From Somniosus microcephalus (taxonomy: Eukaryota), in assembly GCA_052327205.1 (NCBI GenBank), contig CM126209.1:31434001-31498000 (forward strand): a stretch of DNA of 64,000 nucleotides. The letters run 5' to 3'. Positions 36,467 to 49,095 of the stretch are shown in pieces (positions within the stretch are counted from its first letter, which is position 1; each line of letters begins with the position of its first letter). The notes under the pieces were generated by a model. That model was given only the letters and a program-made list of their open reading frames with translations, was not told where the DNA came from and did no database searches. The translations under genes and the position numbers were made by a program.

Positions 36467-37202
36467 ACAATAACTACCTGCATTTATATAGTACCTTTAA
36501 TGTCGTAAAATGTCCCGAAGCGCTGCACAGGAGTATTATAACACAAAAAATTTGACACTGAGCCACATAAGAAGAAATTAGGGCAGGTGACCAAAAGCTT
36601 GGTCAAAGAAGTAGGTTTTAAGGAGTGTCTTAAAGGAGGAAAAGAGGTAGAGAGGCAGAAAGGTTTAGGCAGGGAATTTCAGAGCTTAGGGCCTAGGCAA
36701 CAGAAGGCACGGCCACCAATGGTTGAGCGATTATAATCAGGGATTCTCAAGAGGGCAGAATTGGAGGAGCGCAGATATCTATGGGGGTTGTGGAGATGAA
36801 GGAGATTACAGAGATGGGGAGGGGTGAGGCCATGGAGCGATTTGAAAACAAGGATGAGAATTTTGAAATCGAAGTGTTGCCGGACCGGGAGCCAATGTAG
36901 GTCAGCGAGCACCGGGGTGATGGGTGAACGGGACTTGGTGCGAGTTAGGACACGGGCAGCCGAGTTTTGGATGACCTCAAGTTTACGTAGGGTGGAATGT
37001 GGGAGGCCAGCCAGGAGTGCGTTGGAATAATCAAGTCTAGAGGTAACAAAGGCATGGATGAGGGTTTCAGTAGCAGGTGAGCTGAGGCGGGGCGGAGACG
37101 GGCGATGTTACGGAGTTGGAAATAGTCAGTCTTAGTTATGCTTCGGATATGTGGTCGGAAGCTAATTTCAGGGTCCGATACGACACCAAGGTTGCGAACA
37201 GT
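36467..37202 (-). mobile_element. L2 LINE 3' fragment
   Basis: Closely matches 9336-10068; translates to LHWLPVRQHFDFKILILVFKSLHGL. Confidence 0.93.
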
Positions 37203-37630
37203 GTATTCTTACTTTTCTATCTTGTTTACCTGCCTGTGTTTCAACATTTGTTGCAGCTCTTCCATTCTACACAGGTATGTCATTGTTCATGGTTTTACTT
37301 TCAAACTGTGATGCTTGCAAACACAGAAAACATGGCAATCTTGTGTTGCCTTTTGCCTTTGCATGGTATGGATGCTGAAATGGAAAACCATTTTACTTTA
37401 ACCTCTAAAGGATTGAGAGAAAGACATCTTTTAAGGCAAGCGTGCTGAATATGCATTTTATGTGAAATGTTGTTGCCACAGATGCATAACTCCCTCAACC
37501 TGGAGTGTTACAACATTCTGTTTTGAACAAAAAAGTGAGGCATGTATTTTAACACCGTGCCACAGAAGGCAAGGATAATGAATGTTTCAAGATTCTGCTT
37601 ACCTGCACACTTAATTCATCTGCAGATGAA

Positions 37631-38065
37631 ACCCTTACCCTCATTGACCTACATTGGCTCCCGCTCCAGCAACGCCTCAATTTAAAATTCTCATCCCTGT
37701 TTTCAAATCCCTCCATGGCCTCCTCGTTCACAATCTCTGTAACCTCCTCCAGCACTCCAACCCTCTGAGATCTCTGCACGCCTCCAATTCTGGCCTCTTG
37801 CGCATTCCTGATTTTAATCGCTCCACCATTGGCGGCTGTGCCTTCAGCTGCCTAGTCCCTACGCTCTGGAATTCCCTCCCTAAACCTCTCCGCTTCTCTA
37901 CCTCTCTCTCCTCCTTAAAACCTACCTCTTTAACAAAGCTTTTGGTCATCTGTCCTAATATTTCCTTATGTGACTCAGTGTCAAATTTTGCTTGATAGCA
38001 CTCCAGTGAAGCACCTTGGGATATTTTACTACATTAAAGGCGCTATATAAATGCAAGTTGTTGTT
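37631..38065 (+). mobile_element. L2 LINE 3' fragment, inverted relative to 36467-37202
   Basis: Translates to FKILIPVFKSLHGL...WNSLP, with the tail AAAGGCGCTATATAAATGCAAGTTGTTG. Confidence 0.9.
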
Positions 38066-39186
38066 AGTCTCCCATTTTGCCGTCGCAGTCTCTGACTCAT
38101 AATAGTGGCCAGAGCCATTCCACTGTCCTGTGCTGATGGTATTCTTAGGTAATTGCTTGGGATTAGTGGTAAACAGTAATTTGGCAACCCAACTCCAAGA
38201 AGGCATTGTCACTGCAGCTGGTAATATAGTTGGAGTTACCTCTACTGCTTAGCTTGGGTCTGTGCTGTATTTGTATTTGTGTTGTGGTGAAGCCTGGAAT
38301 GGCAGAAACCCACTTTGATAATTGTTTGGCTCAGGATTATCTTTAATTTAGACATTTTAAATGATAGTTCAGGATCATTTACATATTATTTCGAGCATGA
38401 TGGTGTCAATTATTTCTTTAAGGAATGGAGTAGTCTACTGTAAAATCCAGTATTTAAGTCAACCTTGTATGTTTATTGTATTTAGAGGGTTTACAATGAG
38501 AACCAAATACAGATTTTTATATTGATTTTACAATATTTCATGTGTAGTGAATTATGATTCTTAATTTTCTTCAGTTTTATACAGACCAACTGAATGGTCA
38601 TCTTGAAGAGAAGCCCTTTAAAAATTGTAGCATATTCAGTGATTATTGAAAGGATATAGATATAAACGACATTCTATTCAGAAAATCCAGTTTATAAATT
38701 ATTACCTGCATTGACTGACTCTTACTCATGTGATGGAAATTTTTCAATTATTAGACATAAAATGTAGTTTCTTTAACCCTCTGGGATTAGATTTCATTTT
38801 GATCTTGCTATATAAATATGCATTTCATATTTATATAGCCAAACTGGATGTTGAAGAATTGTATTATAGAATTACTCCAAAATGCTCCAGGAGTATTCAA
38901 ATATTTCTACTCAGATTGTTAAATAGAATGATTTGTATGTATTTTATTTGAGCAAAATCTTGCAGTATATCACTTGGTGAAAGTTTTTTAAATTAACATA
39001 CTTTAAGTGTGGGTGAAATTTGGTAGTTAAACTAACACACCGTTATAATGTAACTAGAACCGCCTTGTTGTAAAGTAATATTTTGAATTAATTTTAGTTA
39101 CTTTATTACTGCTCATCTGTTTTTGTTGTATACACTTAAAAAAAATTCTATCCTATTCTCATTATCCTTTACTCTTCTTATTGGAG

Positions 39187-39291
39187 GCAATGAGCCATCC
39201 AGTGGTCGGAACTCCCCTCTCCCTATTCGGCCAGACAGCAGGCCTCTAACACCATCTTATGTTCAGGCCCCTAAACATTTCCATCTTCCAG
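39187..39291 (+). CDS. ABLIM1: ABLIM1-like coding exon (GNEPSSGRNSPLPIRPDSRPLTPSYVQAPKHFHLP)
   Basis: 105 nt, symmetric phase 1/1, uncommon GAG acceptor, GTAGGA donor. Near-identical to the recalled ABLIM1 peptide. Confidence 0.92.
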
Positions 39292-40964
39292 GTAGGAGTT
39301 AAACCACATCAGTGTCAGTGTTGCAGTATAGGCTATAGATATGTCTTTATCTCCATGTCCTGTCTCCATCTCGCTTCACAGATTCTTTGGATGCTATTTT
39401 TCAATCTATGCTCACACTTAAAAAAAAACAAGCCTATGAAGGCACTCACTAACATAAGCACCCTGTAGAAAGTGTGGGTTGTATACAGGTCACCTGACTG
39501 CTTTTACAGTGTGGTTATGTATAAAAGACATGTTGACGTCTATTGGAATTTGCACCCATCCAATTTGGTCAGGAGATTTCTAAAATGGATTTGAAAAGAT
39601 TGTGCTTTTAAATAGGAATCCAATTCTTTGTTTTATATTGTGCAGGCATTAGTTGTTAAGATTTTGGAAGTTTTGAATGAATGTTCAGCAACAAACATTA
39701 AAACTCGAACCATAATCCCTATCCTGCCTCTGTCCCTTTTTGGATGTGACAGAAAGCAGCAACCTAATCTCTATCCTGTATCTATCTTTACATCAAAACT
39801 CATATAAACTGCACACACTGACTTCACCTGACGGTCTGCTACTGAGCCTGGTCAGCATGGAGCAAAACTACAGCAGCAATGTCTGAGACACAAATGATGG
39901 GCTACACAGGCAGTATATTTTCAATGCTTGTACATTAACCACTCTGTAGGCCTGGATCTGTCAACTGACTGTACACAGATTTAAAATAGGTCTTTGTAAA
40001 CCATTTTTGTGTCCAGTGAAGATGCATCAGGTTTATAGGAAAATCAGAAAATCCTAAACAGTTATTGTAGATCCCAGTTCTAAGCCATGTGAATGTGGAC
40101 GTATTGGCAGTATTTAAATGTAGTCTGACTACAATGTAGATGTGCTGGTCTCTTGTGGGTTTGTTCTATAAATGGACACAAAATATGGCACCAAAAGACT
40201 ATTATTTATAAACATGTGTGTAATTAATAAGAATATAAGGCATACATGGTAAATGGAGATACATTGCTTATAGGACAAATAATTTCAGTATTGGCTGCTT
40301 AATATTGTACTGCAGTAGTGGACAGATGTTTGACACACAGAAGTGAAGGGGAGCTGATATTAAAGCTGTAGGATGAGTGGTGGACAAGTCTCGATGACCC
40401 TGATTAAAAACTGATTTACTTTGTATCACACAAGCCATATAACAAAAATGCAAGGGAATACACTGCAGCAGGGCACAGAAAATGGTACAACAAAATATTA
40501 TTGATTTGAGCAGATCAGCTGGCAACACGGGCAAAGGTAGGCTTTTGGCAGAGTGCAGTAATTTTTGCTGGGATTATACATTGAGAAGGTTTACATGACA
40601 AATGAAGACCCATGTGAAAACATATTAATGTCACCACATAAATTCACAGAATGACAATCATAATCTATTCATATAAATTATTTTCATACTACACAGATCA
40701 TTATTTGATGAAAGCAGATTGTGTCTCAATCGGATTAATTCTTCTTTGTTTTCCTCCAATTTTCCCCTCTTGTCATGATAGTTCTCGGGTTAGGGTACAG
40801 TCCAGCTTTCCTCCAGTAGCTTCCCTAAGTGGCCATTCTTGCTTGACGGTGAGTGTCGGCAGAGTATTCCCCCCGAGGGAGGCATCAAGGCCAAGCAGAA
40901 ACCTGTCCTCACCTGACATTCCCACGCACGCACGCACCTTGGGAATTTTGGGTAGCATTCGGGA

Positions 40965-41115
40965 AAGGTAACCTCAGCTGAGTTATCCCCTCCCCTAGTT
41001 CAGGGAGGCACAGGCTAATTAGGGCACCCCGTTATCCCCGCCTGATTGAGATCAGCTAACTAAGCACAGACTGGGGACCGAGACTGGCACCTTCAGATCT
41101 GTGTGCCTCAGTTCC
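40965..41115 (-). mobile_element. Old SINE fragment, same family as 22700-22888
   Basis: Shares the GATCAGCTAACT(C/A)AGCACAGA motif. Confidence 0.45.
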
Positions 41116-41178
41116 AAAATCAGGATTCGTTATTCCAAGGAAGGTTATTGTACGTGTAGAGAATTTTGCATGAGAATG

Positions 41179-41681
41179 AGAGCATTAGAGAGGGTGCGGA
41201 GAAGACTTACGAGGATGTTGCCAGGACTGGGGAGTTTTAGCTATGAGGAAAGATTGGATAGGCTGGGGTTGTTTTCTTTGGAACCGAGGAGGCTGAGGGG
41301 AGACTTGATTGAAGTGTATAAAATTATGAGGGACCTAGATAGAGTGGATAGGAAGGACCTATTTCCCCTAGCAGAGAGGTCAATAACAAAGGGGCATAAA
41401 TTTAAAGTCATTGGTAGAAAGATTAGAGGGGAGTTGAGGAGAACTTTTTTCATCCAGAGGGTGGTGGGGGTCTGGAACTCACTGCCTGAAAGGGTGGTAG
41501 AGGCAGAAACCCTCATCAAATTTAAAAAGTACTTGGATATGCACTTGAAGTGCTGTAACCTACAAGGCTACGGACCAAGAGCTGGAAAGTGGGATTAGGC
41601 TGGATAGCTCTTTTTCGGTCGACACAGACATGATGGGCCAAATGGCCTCCTTCTGTGCCATAAATTTCTATGATTCTATGA
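41179..41681 (+). mobile_element. CR1 3' fragment
   Basis: Translates to LERVRRRLTRMLPGL..SYEERLDRLGLFSLEPRRLRGDLIEVYKI...WNSLP, with a (TTCTATGA)n tail. Confidence 0.94.
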
Positions 41682-42447
41682 ATTGAGAATGCCCTAAGCT
41701 GAAGAAAGGAGCTGTGAGAACAAGCTAGGGTCAAAGCTGGAAAACTGCAAGACTTCACAAGCAGAGTCACTGAGACATAATGAACAGACAGGCTAGTGCA
41801 CCAAGATGCTGTTGAGACTGTGGATAGTTTGTTGGTGCCGTAGTATCAAATTTGCATCCCTCAAAATCCACTCTTAAAATAGAAACTCTTGACCTCCACA
41901 AGGACCAGTTCTGCTGCCCATCTGAGGAAAATTAAATATTGCCCTGATTTCTTCTGGTGGAATATAACTAGATGATATCAAAACATTTCCCAACTGCAGA
42001 CAGCAAAGATAATATATGAATTAAAATAATCAAATGAAGATACAGAAATAGGTACGGTCTGTTTGAGATGGCAATGCTGAAGTAAAATGACAATAAGCCC
42101 AGGTCTTTACATTTTTTTTTACTATTCTGACACACAGTTACTTCCCCATTAGAAAGTACAATTCCCAAATTGAAAACCAAATTTCAAATTGACAGATTTT
42201 CTTGGCACATCCATGCACTGAATTGATCAACCAGAAGGATGCAGGCACACTAAAGAATCTTGTGTCGTTGTTTCAGATCTCGCCCAGCACATTGCGTTTT
42301 CTGTGTGTTTTATGTTCATTTGGCATATCAGCAACAATGAGGCTGCAATACTCCACGACCCAGTGTTCTGCTTCGAGCAGTTTATTATTGAAGTACATCA
42401 CTCACGATCAAGTTTGAGAGATTTCTCTTAATGAATATAGTGTAGAC

Positions 42448-42643
42448 TGTGACGTAAGAAAACTACTAGGCACTTGGTCTAAGCGTTAAACAAAGCTTTA
42501 ATCAACTGTTTTACAACATGGAGGTCTAGTTGTGTCCTTCACTAGTTCCTGTTAAGAATGTCCTGCGCAAGCTGGGCCCGTGCCCGAGTATTTATACTCT
42601 CCCTGGACAGCGCCACCTGTAGGCCGCTCAGTATTATTTCACA
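42448..42643 (-). mobile_element. Probable solo LTR (196 bp)
   Basis: TGTGA...TCACA ends, near-TSD AGAC/AGTC, and TATAAATA followed by ATTAAA on the minus strand. Confidence 0.65.
42608..42625 (-). promoter_or_regulatory. CTCF-like motif inside the solo LTR
   Basis: Minus-strand GGCCTACAGGTGGCGCTG resembles the CTCF core consensus. Confidence 0.4.
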
Positions 42644-42909
42644 AGTCTTTCTTTCATGAATGACTGATTCATGTCAGACTGATAATCCCAAATCATTTAT
42701 TTTGTTGATCTCAGTTCCTGCCAGTTAGAGCTGGAAAGGTAAGATTTGTATCAGACTATTTTAAACTTGTTGACTTTGATCTACTCAAGCACTGCTTCTA
42801 AAACTCTGAGAGCTGTCAGACATATAAGTGCTAATGATTACGATGTTGGCTAATTTAAAACAGTGTCTAATCAAACCTCTTCCAAGCTGAGTTCACCGTT
42901 GTTTTACTC

Positions 42910-43320
42910 CCACTGACCTTGCCCAATGACACAATGGCTGCCTAATAACATATTAGCCCTACGCAGTGACACACTAAATCTGCCTGGTGTCACACTGACC
43001 TGGTCTAATGTCGTACCAATGTTGCCAAGTACGAGCATGTCTTGTGCTGCACTAAGCCTGTCCAGCAGCAAACTAATCCCGGCCTGCACCATGCAGACAA
43101 TTCCCGGTTACATACTGAGCCTGCACTTGACCATACTGTTCCTGCCAAGAGTTGTACCAGCCTTGCCCAGTGATTTAATGATCCTGCCTGATGCTGTACT
43201 GAGCTGGACCAGTCACGTACTGCGCCGAGCTGGTGTTGCGCTTACCCTGCACAGTGACTCACTGTACTTACCCTGCCTAGTGCTATAATGAGCCTGTCTT
43301 GGAGCTCGACTAAGCCTACC
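42910..43320. repeat. Decayed 21-bp minisatellite
   Basis: Consecutive 21-mers such as actgttcctgccaagagttgt, accagccttgcccagtgattt, aatgatcctgcctgatgctgt and actgagctggaccagtcacgt. Confidence 0.7.
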
Positions 43321-43911
43321 ACAGCCCATCCCATTTCAAATGATGATGGCACTCTTCACATTAAATACACGTCAGTGATCCTGAATATATTCATCTAAAT
43401 CCCTGGCTAGGACCTTGTGATGCAGAGCACAGGTTACTCAGCATCATTTTTAATTAAACTGTGTTTTGACTTCTGTCAGTAAAATGGCGGTGCTCAATAG
43501 ATGGCACTTCAAACAGGATGTGGGCTGAATAATGTACTTAAATGAAAAACTTTAGAAGCAGAAACTCTGTGCGGCATACAATGCTTCATGTAAAAAGTGG
43601 ACATCTCAATCATAAATTGTTGCCATTATCCTTGTTCTGATTATTCATATATTGAAGTATTTGCAGTGTCAGTGTCCACACAAGTGTTTTGCTGTGTTGT
43701 TGCTGAAGCTGATTGTTGGCATCGGATGGTTATGAGACCAAATCCTAGAATTAACACTAACATGTCACATTGACGTTTGCCCTTATTTGTGTTGCATCCT
43801 GTATTAGATCACTCTGCCTTTTGAGCTTTGCTTGGTATTAATATCAGAAAGGATTCATTTTCTAATGGCATTATGTAATAATTAATAAGCTGTTTAACTT
43901 TCTTTCTGCAG

Positions 43912-43959
43912 ACCAAGGGACTAATATATACAGAAAGCCTCCTATCTACAAGCAATATG
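43912..43959 (+). CDS. ABLIM1: ABLIM1-like 48-nt exon (DQGTNIYRKPPIYKQY)
   Basis: CTGCAG acceptor, GTACAG donor. Carries the NIYRKPPIYKQ family motif. Confidence 0.93.
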
Positions 43960-45782
43960 GTACAGTTCCTTTCTCCTTTGTTTTTGACTTCTGATAACTT
44001 GGTATATTATTACAGTACTGAATTCTCCTCTATACTCTTCCAACATTAAATAGCTAATTGAATGTATTTTTCCTGAGATATTAGCTCTGGTGAAGGTTAA
44101 GAATCTCTTGCTGTGTTAGTTGCTCGATTAGATGATAGTTAAAGTGATTTGCTTAATAGTTAGATGGTTATGAGGCCAAATCCCAGAGTTAACCAGAAGT
44201 CAAATCCAGTGTGAAGAGTTTCAGTAATTTTCAATGAAGAGTAATAATTTTGTCCACCTCAGCTTAGACTGTTTCCCTTTCACCAGTCAAGTGGTGTTGG
44301 CAGTCTTGGAGAAGTCTGGAGCCTTCTTAAGCACTGTCCAACCTAATAAGGACACCACGGACAATATGAAGGTGGGCAGGATGGAGTATTAAGTACAGAA
44401 ACATTTTTGGGAGAGAGGAGTTTGGTGCATTTTCTTTTTTACTTCCACTGGTGCTGGAGAATGGAAAGCTTTTCCATTTTGGATCGGGTGTCAGCATCAA
44501 GCATCAAAAGAGCACCTTACTGCACCAGTGTTATTTTTTTCCATTTACATGCTTGCTACCTTATTGTCTCCCTGGGCAAGATTACTAATTCAGTCTAAAT
44601 GTGTGCCTAATTATGGACAGCTTGTGGTCCAGACCCAAGCTCACTTGGAACTAGATTGAGGTTGTCAAACTCATTTCACCAAGGGCTTACAGCCAGCAGA
44701 GGGAGGACACTTTCACAGTCTGGGATGGATTCATACCTTGGTCCCATAGGTGAAAGTCTATCGTGTTAACTGGCTGCACCACTCAATATCCAATTCACCA
44801 TTTTGAGAAAAATGACTGTTTTTCAGATTTGAATACAATTGTTCACTGTACTTGTTTCCATCCATTTATTGCATGCTTCAAAGTTGATACCAGATCCATC
44901 TCCTCGTTTTCTCATCGTTCTTTTTTATTGTTTTGCTCATTTCCATGATTCTACCTCACCCTTCCATTAATATGTGCCTGCCTTGTTTTCCCACTAACAG
45001 CACTCATATTAATGTGTAAGTACTGTTTGAAGTCATGCTGCTCATGAATTTCCTTAACCTGTAGGTCTTTCTAAATAAGATCTAATTAGTCTTGATGCTT
45101 CTGTTCTGCCAAATGTAAATGGCAGCAGATTATTGTTACTGGAAAGTTTAAGTAATATAAACGCTTCATAGTTAACATTTAACTTTTTAAAAAGAAACAA
45201 ATCGGATAAATTGAAGAAAAAACTCATCAGGCTTTTTCAATTTTTAAATTCAAATTCAATTTGAATTCAATTTTAAAATCTACATTTTATCTGGAAAAAT
45301 AAAGAGAAAATTCACCAATCCCATGCTCCCAGTCGCACTTAAAGGGAATGTGGGTCAGATAATCAACCTTACTGTACTGCAGAACTGTCTTTCACCTGTG
45401 CTCTCTTTGAGTATGGGAAGCATGGGATTGATGAATTTGCTAAAGTATGGAAAACTTTTTTTTAAATTTCCTCTCCCCCCAACATACACTGTTCCCTAGC
45501 ACCAGCATTCTGTTGGTGGATGCAGGGCACACCAACGACTTACCCATTAACCACCCTGCTGTTGGATACAGTGTTGACCTTTCAGTAATAAAGGATTTTT
45601 TTCCGTTTTTGATAAACCAGCCTTTTTCCAAGCAACTAAAAACTGTATTCTGTACCACAATAGTAATTGATTTATACCACAATAAAGAAATACATATGTT
45701 AGTAGCACAACATAAAATAGCAGATTTTATCTTATTTAATTAATGGATTGGTGTGGAAATATTGGAAGCCTCAAAGGATTTT

Positions 45783-45798
45783 CCACCAGGGGGCACTA
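45783..45798 (+). promoter_or_regulatory. CTCF-like motif
   Basis: CCACCAGGGGGCACTA, close to the canonical core, set in AT-rich intron. Confidence 0.5.
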
Positions 45799-46629
45799 GC
45801 AACCTGTTAGATCGGCATTGGAAACCTGTCCTGACATCTCTAAGACAACGTTAGCAGGACAACCAGACAAACTTACACTTACACTCGGACATCTATTCAT
45901 GAAAGCTTCATTAGTTCAGATACTGCTGCAGGAAAACACTTTGACCTCTTACTAAGCTTGCAACTAGAATTTATTTTAGTATTATTATGAACTAAATCAA
46001 ATAAAAATAGTTGCTCTAAACAATACCAGGTGTGCTCCAAGCGTAACATAGCAGCAATGTTACACCTCACGGCTAGATTGAACACAGAAGCCTTTTTGAC
46101 TATTACTCATGACCAGAAGAACTCCTCATTAATCACTGAGCTACATCTTTGGTTAGTTCTGAAATTGGCTGACAGGACTTTTTTTTAAATTTGGAAACCA
46201 AGGCATATAATAGAGGACACCACTAAGGCTGAAAAAAGAGATGACGTAAATCAGCAGGTAATGATGAGGGGATATGAAGCCTGAAAGTTGTAAGTGGAAA
46301 GAAGTACTGCGGGAAGTATGGGTTTCCACAGCTTTGTGATCCTGAGAAAAATTGAGTTTGATTTGGAGACTCCCAATAAGTCTTGATTTCAATAAAGTGC
46401 TCATATAGGGAAGAGCCCCTGAGTTATTGGAAAAGTGTCAGGAAATAAGCCACCAACTGCAACACAGATAGGAAAATTTAAGAGTTAACTAAAGGGTAAA
46501 TTAACCAATCTGGTGCTCTACTTGCGGGGAGCTGACTCAAAGGGAGTGTGGTTAGAGAGTCAGCACTACAGCCTTGTCTCCAACCCACAAGTGTGATTCC
46601 CTGCTGGGGGTTTGGGGTTGGAAAATATA

Positions 46630-47110
46630 ATATTGGACAGCCATGAGCATACCTTTGGTGTGAGGGCAAATAGCAGTAACTTGTTTAGAATGGCACTGTG
46701 CCAGATCTTGTCAGAAGTTTTGGAGAGGCCCAAGACGAGGACAGATGGTTCACCAAATTGTTCAAGAACAGAATATCTTAAGTCAACAAGATCACCAACA
46801 GAACAGCTATGTTATAAGCCATATTGGAGTTTATTGAGTAGGCCAGAATTTTCAAGCTGATGGGTAATTTGGCAATTCAGAAGAGCTTCCATCATCTTAG
46901 AAAGTACTGTTGCAAGGGCGATAGGGTGGTAGTTAGAAGGTTAAGGAGGATCACCTTTCTTTGTAATAGGTGAATATAAGCAAATTTCTAAGGACAACGA
47001 AATGAACTAGGAGAAGATAGGGTAAATGCAGAGGCACAGATCTAGAGAACACAGGGACAGACACCATCAGGACTAGACGTGTTAATGGAGGTCAGAGAGC
47101 AGAGGGTTTG
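46630..47110 (-). mobile_element. Ancient non-LTR RT fragment
   Basis: Minus-strand peptides SSPDGV, PSNYHPIALATVLSKMME, QYG and LGLSKTSDKIWH are decayed versions of the GPDG, NYRPISL, QxGF and DxSKAFD motifs. Confidence 0.75.
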
Positions 47111-47984
47111 CCAGGCTTGGCAGGAATAAGGATGATAATAATCAAAATAGACAAATAGAATAGCGCGATGGAGTGGGCATAATAATGAGATATAAGCAAC
47201 GTCTTTCAGAGGTGGTTCATTGTTTCTTGTTAGATTAAATAAGTACACTTACATTAATGGGTAAGCTCATTGATCCTGCGTCCCCAATGAGGAACCATGT
47301 TCAAAGAAACTGTGGATTGGAGATAGGGCTGCAACACTGTATCATTGATTTTCCAATGTGCGTTCCCTTCGAATGTATCTCCTTGCTGTGAGCCTGGGGG
47401 TTTTCTCTTAAATGAAAAATGCCCTCACACTAGCCAACATCTTAAAGTAATCATTATTGTGCTTTGTGTAAAAAAAAAAAATTCTATGTCAACTGAAATT
47501 TTTTTTAAAGAATTCTACACGTTATGCTGTACAAAATTAATGGCTATGTTCAATTAAATTAAGACAGAGTACGTAAATCACATTTACGTACTAAAGTGAA
47601 TAATGAGGCTTGCAGACAGCAGTGTTAGGAATTACTTCTAAATCTAATATATAAGCCAGACATTATGCACTGAATAGCAGGTCCTTCAATGTGAGGTCTC
47701 ATATAAATTTTACCTTAAATATGCTACAGTTCTTTCCATAATGGCTTATCATATTTTCTATTACAACTAACCAATTATAAAATATTTAATATGATGATTT
47801 AGTCGCAAAACAGTGTGGTGACTTTATGCCAAAGAAATATGATTTTTTATTTGTAATTAAGAAATTTCACTAATGCTACACTGATTAGCGGAGGGTGCTG
47901 AACGCCTACAGCAGGCTGGTAGGAAAGCCCAGTCTCTTTCAGACACAGTAACACGTGCTGGGTTCCCCCTGGTTGCCACTCTAG

Positions 47985-48122
47985 ATGCAGCTGCAATGGC
48001 AGCACAACTCAAGACAGGCGTGGAAATCATCAAGTCATCCAAGTTCCCAGCCGCCCAGGCTCCAGATCCCGATCAAACTTCTGAGGTGGAGACTGACTAC
48101 TGGCCAGGTCCGGGTACCATAG
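47985..48122 (+). CDS. ABLIM1: ABLIM1/dematin-like exon (DAAAMAAQLKTGVEIIKSSKFPAAQAPDPDQTSEVETDYWPGPGTI); alternative acceptor at 47991
   Basis: CTCTAG acceptor with an in-frame ATGCAG acceptor 6 nt downstream, GTATGA donor, 138 nt. Carries the SKFPAAQxPDP and ETDxWPxP motifs. Confidence 0.92.
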   Translation: MQLQWQHNSRQAWKSSSHPSSQPPRLQIPIKLLRWRLTTGQVRVP

Positions 48123-49095
48123 GTATGATAAAAAGCCTGACAAATGGGCCTTGCAGTTCGTTAATTTTTTTTTTAACTTTCTATTTTCTCAGGTCAAAGA
48201 TAATAATGTAAGTTTGTCAGGATAACCTTGCCAAAACTAAAATCTTAAAAGTGACTTTTCCAGCATTTTAAAATTTCTCATGTTTTTTTTGATAATGCTA
48301 ATAATTTAAAAAAAGATGTACTCTAAATAAAAATTTAAAAAAATAACAACTGGAAATACTCAGCAATCTCAATTCACATGACTTAGCAAACAGGGTTTTC
48401 TGTTGCGACCAGCATTTTCGTTGATACATTGTCATATGTCATGAAGTCATATTGTGCAGGTAGAAGATGAAGACTACAGTGCAGCACCATTTAAATTCTT
48501 ATTTAACTGGATTTCATTGGAACTGACTAGCTGAAGTAGATGTCTATCGCAAGAAGTAGCCAGAAATGTTCTTAACGGAAAGTGCCACTCTTAATTATCC
48601 TGGAGGCTGAATCAGACAATGGCAGCCCTTCTCTCGTTTGGCACTCCATTTAGCAGCTCGGCCAAGTACTGTCAACTCTCTCAAATGAGACGGTGAGTTC
48701 AAGTGACAAGCAGCCTTGGAACTTGAACTGCTTTCTCTTGAGATGGGAATCAACATTTCAGCAGCTATAGTTGTCCAATTTATAGTTTAGCTGGACTCCA
48801 TACACCTTGTATGCTAAAGGCGTACAAGCAGTGCTATTAATCAAAAACTCTACAATTGCAATGGCCAGGTACCATTGAAGTTAAGCTGATCACTTCACAG
48901 TAGCACACTTTGAGACCTAACAACCACACCTAAAATCAATTCCCGCAGAGATTTTTTGTTGGAATGGCGTATATCTCAATTCAAGGAGTAAAATGCATGT
49001 TCTTGTAAATCCAGGAGGTGGAAGGTCATTGGGAGGGTAGCCTTTGACTGTTTATGTTGGTGCAGGCCCAGGTGACGCTGCAGCACTGAGACATG

